Below are positions 37,090-47,139 of a stretch of DNA of 64,000 nt, one piece after another. The notes beneath the pieces are model-generated. The model saw only the letters and a program-made list of their open reading frames with translations, had not been told where the DNA came from and did no database searches. Position 1 is the first letter of the stretch. Every line of letters begins with the position of its first letter. The position numbers and the translations under genes were made by a program. The stretch is taken from the NCBI GenBank assembly GCA_010909165.1, contig MU008185.1, positions 310,001-374,000 on the forward strand. Direction: 5' to 3'. Origin of the DNA: Anthoceros angustus (taxonomy: Eukaryota > Plantae > Anthocerotophyta).

Positions 37090-39634
37090 ATGGCGTTAGT
37101 GGCGGCGGGTAGGAGGGCTGGAACACTTGTGCGGAGAGTTTGGTTTCTGGATGCTTGTCACAGGTGCTGGGCGGGGTCTTTGACGAGGGAAGGAGAAATT
37201 GCAGTGGATGTCCTAATTGTACTTGGCATTCCTCCGCTGGTTTGGTCGTGTTTCACATTCAGTACTGCAGCCTGCGTCAGAGCGGATACAAGCCGTGAGT
37301 CACTGCCTGCAGCTCAGTCGATTGCAAGAGAGGATCTGTGGAGAAACTTCTTCGCCGATCCTTCGCTGTGGTGGGACCACAGGTTGAGAAAGGTCTGCCA
37401 TTGAAGGATCCTATTACGCCAAGTGGTTATCGTCTTCTCATCGACTGAATTTTCTGCTGTTTGTTGCAGACAGATGTGAGCTACCCAGATTTCGTTCATA
37501 GTGTGACGAAGGATACTTTATGGATGGAGAGCTGGTGGAATCCCTCCTGGGTGAAGCCGAGGCTATCGACATTGAAACAGCCATCAGGTCCAGAAGAAAG
37601 GGCTCAATTCTTAGTGAAGCCCAGCGTCAGCCTCTCAATAGATCCAGCCAGGTATTTGTTCTAAACGGGTACTGTGGAAGTATGATAAGGCCATTGGGTG
37701 TATTACAAGTACAGTGTCGACTCTGAGCTCCTTTGTTTCACAGGTCTGGGAAAGAATGCGGATTGGCTGGGCGTATTGAAGCTGTGGACAGGCTGTGTAT
37801 AGAGGGGCGGCTAAAAGCAGCATTTTGTGCTCTTCAGTGGATGGACCAGCAAGGTGTTGAGATTCCAATGCATGTACTGTGTAGCATCGTGCAAGGGTGC
37901 ATACGGACAAAGGACCTGGAAACTGGAAGGTTGTTGCATGCCCTTGTCACTCAAAAGGGTCGCAACTCAAGTTTTTTGAACAGCAACATCATTCGGATGT
38001 TTGACTCATGCAACAGTTTGGCGGATGCCAATCAAGCATTTCGTGTGGTCCGTGAACCAGATACATACTCCTGGCAGGCCATTATTTCCACACATATCAA
38101 TCATGGGCAGAGCGAGGGAGCCATCAAGTTGTATATGGAGATGAAACAGTCGAATCTTAAACCAAATGCCTATGTTTATGCTGCAGCCCTCAAGGCATGT
38201 GCATGCGTAGGAGCCTTGGCAGAGGGTAGAATGATTCACCGACATATCAAACAGACGCCAAGTGAGATGACTGCTTTCGTGATGAACTCAGTCATTGACA
38301 TGTACACCAAATGTGGGAGCCTAGAGGAGGCACGTAGAGTGTTTGACAATGTCCGGGAAAAAAATCTGGTTACCTGGAATGCTATGATTGCAGGCTTTAC
38401 CCACAATGGTCGTGGTCAGGAAGCCTTGCGAATGTTTTGTCAAATGCAGGAGCATGGATTTGAACCAGACAGTATCACAATTGTGGGCCTCTTGAACGCT
38501 TGTGCTGGGACACAAGATTTAGAAAAGGGCAAGCAGTTTCATTCTCTGATAGTGGAAAAGGGAGTAGGTGATGAAATTCTTGTAGGAAATGCCCTTCTTG
38601 ACATGTATCTGAAATGTGGCAGCCTGAACGAGGCACGTCAGGTCTTTGACAGGTTGAAGAACAGAGACGTAGTGTCTTGGACTGCCATGATAGGAGGCTA
38701 TGGGAGTTCTGGGCATGGCCAAGATGCTATTAAACTCTTCCTAAAAATGCAAGAAGAGGGTCTGCAGCCCGACAAGGTGACCTTCCTGAACATTCTCAAA
38801 GCTTGTGGCACTGTTGGGGCACTGAACTTGGGGAGGAGGATTCATGCCTTACTTGAGGTCAGAGGGCTTGAGTCTGATGCAGTTGTCAGGAGCACGCTTC
38901 TTGACATGTATGCCAAATGTGGCAGCCCAGATGATGCTTGGAGCGTTTTTGTCAAAATGCCAGACAAGGATCTAGTGTCCTGGACTTCGGCCATCGGATG
39001 GTATGCTCAGCATGGGAATGGTCGGAGGGCCATTCAACTCTTCCAGCAAATGTTAAGAGAGGGACTGAAGCCGGATGACGTTACTCTGGTTTGTGTTCTT
39101 TCTGCCTGCAGCCATGCTGGGCTGTTAGATGAGGGTTATCGCCTGTTCTGCTCAATGTCTGACAATTTTGGCATCATTCCAGGAATGCGCCATTATGCGT
39201 GCATGGTTGACCTTTTAGGGCGTGCTGGCCTGCTCAATGAAGCGAAAGATCTTATTGAAAGAATGCCAATGGAACCTGAGGCCGTAGTCTGGACATCTCT
39301 ACTTGGCGCATGTCAAACGTATGGCAACTTGGAGCTAGGGAGACATGCTTTTGAATGTTTAGTGAAGTTAGAGCCTTCAAACCTGGCTGCATATGTCCTG
39401 ATGTCGAACATCTATGCTGCAGTTGGCAGGTGGGAAGATGAAGCAGAGGTGAGAAAGAAGTTGAGGAGTGCTGGAGTGAGAAAAATACCTGGCAAAACAT
39501 GGATTGAGGTTAGCAATGAAGTACACATCTTTTCAGTCAACGATGTAGATCACCCACAAAGAAAGAAAATCTACGAAAAGCTGGATTTATTGATGAACCA
39601 AATGCAGAACAGCCTAGGGTATGTTTCCAGTTGA
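37090..39634 (+). CDS. Organellar PLS-class PPR protein (E/E+, PG box, no DYW) with N-terminal OSB-type PDF motif
   Basis: Spliced leader EDLWRNFFADPSLWWDHRLRK|TDVSYPDFVHSVTKDTLWMESWWNPSWV; repeated DMYxKCG/SWTAMI motifs; HYACMVDLLGRAG; PGKTWIE; introns 37393-37469 and 37652-37743. Confidence 0.9.
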
Positions 39635-39736
39635 AAATGGACTCATGTAGCACTGGTTTAAGCGAACTGGATGGCAAGTCAATGTGTGAAGCAGATGTCT
39701 TACTGATTGCTAATTCCTTAGTCGTTGTGTATGTAG

Positions 39737-41921
39737 GGTGCTTGATGACGTGAGCATGGACGATGTTGTTAGGGAAAAATGTGAGAAGGAAAGCCTAAGT
39801 AGTGCACTTGATGCAGCTATTACGTCAAAAGTCCAGGGAAGCGTACTGTCAACAGAATGCTTACATCATCTGTTACAGGTGTGCATACGACAGAGAGATA
39901 TTCTCAATGGTAGGCGGATACTTTCATTATTGCTGGAAGTGGATAACGGCTTTGGCGTTCAAATCGGAAACAAGCTGATCCACCTGTTTTCTAGATGTGG
40001 AAGTCTTTCAGAGGCAAATGACACATTCCGTAAGATGGAGGAGCGGGATGCATATACTTGGCTGGCGATCATTGCAGCACACGTCCACCATGGGGAAGGC
40101 AAGAAGGCTATACAACTGTATAAGAATATGCGACTTTCAGACTTGAGGCCAAATCCAAATGTTTATGCTGCTGTCCTTAGAGCGTGCACAAGCACAGCAG
40201 CCCTGGCAGAGGGTAGGGTGATCCACAGACACATTATAGAAGCTGGTCTAGACAATGACGTTGTGGTCGCAAACAGTCTTGTTAATATGTATGCCAAGTG
40301 TGAAAGCTTGGTTGAAGCGAGAGAAACTTTCGACAAGATGCAGAAAAAATCTGTCGTTTCATGGACCACAATGATTGCAGGTTATGCCCAGCACGGGCAG
40401 GGTTGGGAGAGTCTGAGAATTTTCAGAGAAATGCAAGAAGAGGGTTTGGAGCCTAATAAGGTCACGTTCGTGAGTATCATCAAAGCATGTGCCACCCTGG
40501 GAGTCCTAGATGAGGGAAAGCAGATCCACACCCAGTTAACCAGGAAGGGCTACCAAGTGGATAACTTCGTAGGAAATGCGCTGGTTGACATGTACTTCAA
40601 ATGTGGGAGTCTGGAGGAAGCACTCAAAGTGTTCCTAAGTATGCCTAACAAAGACGTAATATCATGGACTTCTGTGATTGGGGGGTACACCCAGCATGGA
40701 CGAGGTTCTGAATCTCTGCAGTGGTTTCACCAGATGCTAGAAGCTGGTGTACGTCCCAATAAGGTGACATTTATAAACGTCCTCAAAGCCTGTAGCAACT
40801 CAGGAGCGTTGGATCAGGGGAAGGAGATTCATAGCCTGCTTGCCAAGACTGAGTACAAGTCGGACGTCGCTGTTGGGAGCGTGCTTGTTGACATGTATGC
40901 AAAATGTGGGAGGCTGGATGATGCTCAGAGAGTATTTGACCAGCTACCAGATAGGGATCTGGTGCTTTGGACGACACTGGTAGCTGGATATGCTCAGTGT
41001 GGACATGGGAACAGAGCTTTTCAGTTATTTCAGCAAATGCAAGCGGAGGGTGTTCAGCCAAACGAGATAGCCTTTCTGAGCATCCTGAAGGCATGTGCCA
41101 GCGTAGCTGCTCTTGATCAGGGCCGACGATTTCACTCGGAGCTGAAGAAAAGTATGCTGAAGTTGGATGGAGTCATCGGAAACACCCTTATTGACATGTA
41201 TGCCAAATGTGGCAGCCTAGAGGAAGCAGTTCTTCTGTTTGATAGCTTATCACAGAAAGATGTGGTCTCTTGGACCGTAATGATAGCAGGATTTGCACAG
41301 CATGGGCGTGCTCAGGAGGCGCTTGTGTTGTTTGAGCGGATGCAGCAAGAAGGCCTGAAGCCAAGTGATGTCACCATCGCCTGCATCCTCTCTGCCTGCA
41401 GTCATGCAGGCCTGTGGGCTGAGGGCCACCGTGTATTCAAAACAATGTCCCAAAGATTTGGGATAAGTCCGGACATCAAGCACTACACATGCTTGGTGGA
41501 CCTTCTAGGTCGTGCTGGCCACTTGTCTGAGGCGGAGGTGTTGTTGCATGAACTGCCTGTGCAGCCTGATGTTACACTGTGGATGTCCCTGCTTGGAGCA
41601 TGCAAAACTCAGGGCAACACGGACTTGGGGAGACAATGCTTTGAGCAGATTGTGAAGCTCGAACCTGCAAATGCAGCTGCTTACGTGCTGTTGTCAGACC
41701 TGTACACAGCAGCGGGCAGGTGGGAAGAGGAGGCAGAATTGAGGAGGAGGATGGCAGCTGCCAAAGTGAAAAAAGCACCTGGGAGGACCTGGATTGAGCT
41801 GAACAATCAGGTTCACACCTTTTTAGTGGAAGATAACAACCACCCAGAGAGGAAGCAGCTATATGCAAAGTTACAGGAGCTCGCCTCTGGGTTAGCAGGC
41901 TGCACACGAAATCCTGAGTAG
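39737..41921 (+). CDS. Second PLS-class PPR array (E/E+, PG box, no DYW), probably an exon of the upstream PPR gene
   Basis: ~728-codon open frame with PLS triplets, HYTCLVDLLGRAG and PGRTWIE; preceded by a branch point (CTAAT) and TAG acceptor at 39734-39736; no transit-peptide-like start of its own. Confidence 0.88.
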
Positions 41922-42600
41922 ACTGTCGTAGGCTTTAACTCCTCGGTGTCATTGTGAAGATTGCGCTGGTGTCGCCAAAACAGGACAGACGTGATCAGAG
42001 GGATGATGCGTTTCCATTCCCCATTTCCAGCACAGGGCGTAATACCATTAGGCGAAAATGGCTTTTACCGGGCAAAACGGTTGTAGCAATTGTCACATGA
42101 AACTGGAGAGAGGCACAAGCCAACTGTCAGCTGTGGCGACTTCAGATTGAAGACAAAATGTGGGGGCGATTAATGAGCATGATGGAGTCTGGTGATCGAG
42201 GCGCGACAGTTGTTGCGGTGTAGTTCGCCTCCCTGTGCATACGATGATTCTGCCCATGGCTGCTTCTCTGTGTCTTGTGCCTACTGCATCTGCTGGCTCC
42301 TTGGAGTGGGAGGCGCGGGAGCATGTCCCATTTTGTGCAGGATGGCAGATGCTGTCCTCTAGGGTTTGTGGTTGCGAGCTAGGTGATGGAAGCTTTGGTG
42401 GCGATGGGTTCAATGCATGAGCGTGCAATTGGACTCCTTGTATTAGGCACCATGCCCGGACACAATGTATCAATTGCTGGCAGAGCCTTTTGGTAAAGTT
42501 GTGGCATGGACAGTCAAGATTCCATCTCTTTCTGCCCTCTCTTTCCCAGCTGCCTTGTTGTGGACTAGCCTTGTCTGTCTGGCTCGCCAATCTGACCTCC

Positions 42601-45600
42601 ATGGCCTCATCATCTGGAGGTAAGAGGATATTCCACCCTCAGAAATGGGTTCCCTTACGCGCACAGGATATCAAGCCTGAGAACATGGCCCAACCTAGAG
42701 GCAAGCTTCCACCCTTGGACCCTGCAGTGGTACCGAAGACGGACACAATCGAGCCAATGTCCATTCTCTCTCATGATGCCAGTCCACCTCCTCGTAGTGT
42801 TCTGTCTTCGCATCCAGCAACCTTTCTTGAGTTGGATTCTACTCGTGCTGAGCAGAGCCAGTTTAGGTCTCAGTTCATTCCTCCTCGTCCGGAGGTCCGT
42901 GAGTCTGCGCCAACAGCCCACGATTTCAGAATAGCACCTTTGGGGTATCTAGATGACTCCAAGTCTCCAAGGCCGCGGTATCGCAAGAATTCTATGACTG
43001 GTCTCTCATCACCGCCTCAGCAACCAACCCGAGAAATGATCATGCATGTTGGCAGCAGGGAGGAGATGCCTGCCACAGCTGCTGTTGGGAGTGCACAAGA
43101 TGCTTTGCTCAATAGTCCTGAAGGAATGCCAGCTGGCTCCCATGTTAGCCTGGCCCCTTCAGTCTCAGCAGGTGCTTCAGCATCGCAGATTTCCCTCCCA
43201 AATTCTGCGCAGTATGTCGTATCAGAAGTGGCTGCTGAAACAGCGATTGTGATTGATCATCCTTCTGAGGTCTCCACCAGCAGCCCAGGTGGGGCAGCAG
43301 ATATTCCAGTTGGGAACCCTGAGAGTCGTCCATCTGCAAGCAGGTTTAGTAGAGATACCATCTCATCCTCATCCAAGAAGACTTCGGTTGTGCACCAAAA
43401 GGGATTCGGGAAAGGAGGAAGTGCAGAAGCTCCTTTCAGGGAAGGAGTGCATCGAAATTTCACACAGGAGAACATGGATGCTGCCGAGCAGGACATGCAT
43501 CGGAAAATGGTTCAAATCCAATCTTCCTGACTGCTACAGCTTCCTTTTCGAACAAGAATTAATGGCAAATTTTTAAGCGTTTTTACTTATGACTGCTGCA
43601 GCTCACTCCTTAGACTGGAACATTTTGGGGTAGAGGTCTGTTCACCCATAAGTTTGGTGGTCCTTGATATTGTGAAATTCACAGGGTGGTGGTTTATGAT
43701 GATGTCGATTTGGGGGCTAACCATGCGTTCCTGCTTGTGGGCAGGTTTCAGATACTGTGACAAGGGCTAAAGAAAGAGTCGAATTGATTGAAAAGGATAG
43801 CCATCCCAAAGCACCTACCTTCGGCAGGTGCTCAGGCTTCCAACGCTGGGCATATAAGCGACGACTTAAGAAAGCTGCTGAGGGGGTTTGTTCATCCTCA
43901 TTGAACTGTGAAGATTTGTCCCCTTGCTCCATTCGTTTATTAGTGTTTTTCCTGACACTCTCTATCTCCAGACCAAAAAGTGGAAAGTTCATTGGAGCCC
44001 GTGGCTGGAGTCTCTGAAAGCAATCGAAGGAGCCTTTGGATCAGCCGTGATGCTGACTTTTGCTTTCCTACGATGGGTGCTCTTTCTAAATGTGATGATC
44101 GCTGCAATATGGGTTGGAATGTTGATAATCCCTTTCTGGGTTAAGCCTCCACCCGGTTACTCATGGAAGTTATTCACGAAGCCAGGTTTCAAGGCAGTTG
44201 TACAGGTTGCTTGCACTTGCGTCAGCCGTTCTTTTTTGCTGAACCTTGCACAGATTGTTTGATGGTCAAAGTGTCCCACTAGCTATCCAACTCGTCGAAG
44301 CAGGCCTGCATAGCATGTGGATATTGCTTTGTCACCAATCAATTTCTGTGTCATACTAGCAATGGACATGTTTTTCCACCACCTCTAACTTGATCTCTCT
44401 CAGGCATTGGCTCCTAGATTGTAGGGTCTGCATTTCAAGTGTTCACATGTGAAGCTCGAATGGGGTGTCCTCTGGTCTGTTATGTGTTCACCAGAACCAC
44501 ATGTATGCTTGTATTATATCAGTGTTACTTATGATAACTCACTCGAAGGTATGGTGAAGGGTGATGCATTAGAGAGGACGTGGGTGTATTTCGGAGGTTA
44601 TTTCTACAGCCGAGCTGACCAGCCTGGTGCATATCGTGTTGATTGGGCATATCCTACTGCAATTGCCATAATGTTCCTTGTTAGCTTGATCGGTCTACTT
44701 GTTAGGTGAACCATGTGATACTTCATACTTGCGTATATTTTGCTCGCTCCTGCTTTAATGGGATTCCAGGCACGTTCTGGATGACTTCAGTTCAGCCGCT
44801 AATTTTGAATACGGAACTGACCTGCAGGCCTGGCTCTCATCGTGGCATGTATTCTCTTTGCTGCATATGCTTGCAGGATAGCATCAAGGATAATGGGCAG
44901 TGGTGATGCTGCGATGCCATATAAGAGTAGTGTGTTTCCTTGTTCAGGCCTGGTGTTTACCTCCTGGGACTTCCACGTGACTTCTCATGATGTAAGCTTA
45001 ACCTGAGCCTTTTGCAGCTGATTCCTCTATGGAGTTCTTGTGATCCTCCTTGCAGGGAGGTCATTTCTTACAAACTGAAGTGGATTCAACTGCTAAATGG
45101 GATGACAGGCAGCAACAAAGCTGAGGCGGAGCATTCGGACAGAACTGCAGGAGCTGATAGCAGATATTTCAAGCAAAGCTGTGACAACTGGAGTCACATG
45201 GAGGGACCGTCTTGTAAGTTTGTCCTCCTCAGTCTGCCTGGTTTGAAGCTGCTGCCTGTGAAGCATAACCCATGGAGCATCTTGTTTGGATCCTTTTTGC
45301 ATCATGCAGCCTCAAATTCCCGTGTTGATGGCAGGGCTATTTTGCTGCCTTTGTCTTGTGGCCACTGTCCCTGGGTGCTAGTGTGGTGGCTATAGTTTTC
45401 CTTGTTAAATATGCTGGCAAAATCAACAACAAAATTGGTTTTGCACTTTGTACCTTCCCTCTGTGTTTCAGAATAGCTAGTTGTGTGAAATAGATTTAAA
45501 CTTATGCATTGTTTTGAGCACCGACACAAAGAGTTTTCGGAATTTGGGGTCTGCAATGTTATAACAAGGGTACGTCTCCTCAGGGACTGGATTTGGACAA

Positions 45601-47139
45601 CCTCTACTTTTAGCGGCCCTGAATGTAGTAGGACCCATGATCACTCGTCTTATTGTGGCAATTGAGAACTGGAAACCAGCTGTGCACGATCGGGTTCTCC
45701 TGGTGAAGCTCTACTTGTTGAGAGCTATCAACCTTTCTACGCTTATCACAAGGTTTGCCATTTGCGGAATCAGCCCGAATGTCTAAAAAAACCATGTTGC
45801 TTGTCCGAGAGGTTCTACGAATCTGTGACCATGCTTGGCTTACAACCCAGGCTCTTTATGATGCTCAACGGTGCTCGACGTGAACGTGAAGGGGAACGTG
45901 AGTATGCAGATTGCTCAGTATCAAAGTCCTCGTGTGGAGATGGATACATCTGCTGCACAAATGTGAAGCTTGGAACGTGGGGTGTTTGCACTGTGGACCA
46001 GGTATATTGCTTGCAGCAATCTTGCATTGAACACATCGAACTGTTACTGGACATACAAGTTCGATGAGAGTCTTTTGAAGGGAGCTTCTAATATCCTTTT
46101 GGTGGATGTGCAGTACTTGAGGTGCGTACCGACCTGTGTGGAAAACACAGTTGGGGCGCAGCTCATCAGGCTTATCATTACTACGACCCTTATCAACAAT
46201 GGCCTGGAGCTCCTCACAGGCTTCGTTACTCTATGGGTATTCAAGGTTCGTTCGTTCTTTGGCATTGATCATGCAAGTTCTAGTTGCAAACCCCTGGTGC
46301 AGAGCTGACAAGGTCTTTTGTGACAGTCTAAGAGGCAAATGTCAGTAGAGAACATGGCTCTTGACATTTTGTACCTTGAAGCCCTCATCTGGATCGGCTC
46401 CTGTTTTGCTCCTGCCACAGCACCTTTGGCGGTGATAGTCAATCTCGTCACCTTCTACTGCATGAAGGTAAGCACATACCTGGTTCCTCCTTCGTAAAGA
46501 AGATAGCCAGAACATAACCCATCGCTCGTGCTGATGTCTACAGTTATCCCTGACAAAAACATGTTCGGCCCTGGAGAAGCGATACAGTGCGTCTCGAACT
46601 TCCAACGTCAGCTATGGCTTGCTGTGTCTCACATTAATTTTGTGCAGTGTCCCAGTATCACTTCTTTTGGTGCAAAGCACTACAAGCTTTTGTGGGCCTG
46701 TGCGCAACGAGAGAACTATGTATTCGGTATTATCAACATACATTCAGGTTGGGCTGAACAAACTCTATTTGTCAATGCCAGATTGGCTGACGCGTACTGA
46801 TTGCGGGCGGTATTTTGCTGCAGAAAGCACCCAGTATTGTGTGGATCGTGCTTGAGTGGATTGGGAATCCAGGCATCCTGATAGGAATCCTGGCAATCTT
46901 AGCTGTCAGTTTGGTGCTGCTCAGGTCTCAGCTCGCCAGATCTACACAGCACCTGAAAATGACCACAAGGGAGCTCGATCTTCAAAAGCGTGAGGTGGTT
47001 GAAAGATCCTCCTTCATGCGCAGTCAGGTACCCCAGCCCAGCTTTCCATGTCTTGCCTTCCCATCCCAGAATCAAATCACTTTGTTTTGTTGAAACATTC
47101 TTTCTGCCTCCCAAGCAAGGGAACGAATCTAGGCTCTGA
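42601..47139 (+). CDS. TMC: TMC (transmembrane channel-like) family protein, multi-exon
   Basis: Colinear TMC motifs: PWLESLKAIEGAFGSAVMLTFAFLRWVLFLN; VYFGGY...YRVDWAY; VFTSWDFHV; IVAIENWKP; signature CVENTVGAQLIRL; LIWIGSCFAP; YSASRTSN; SFCGP; WIGNPGILI. 3' end approximate. Confidence 0.88.
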
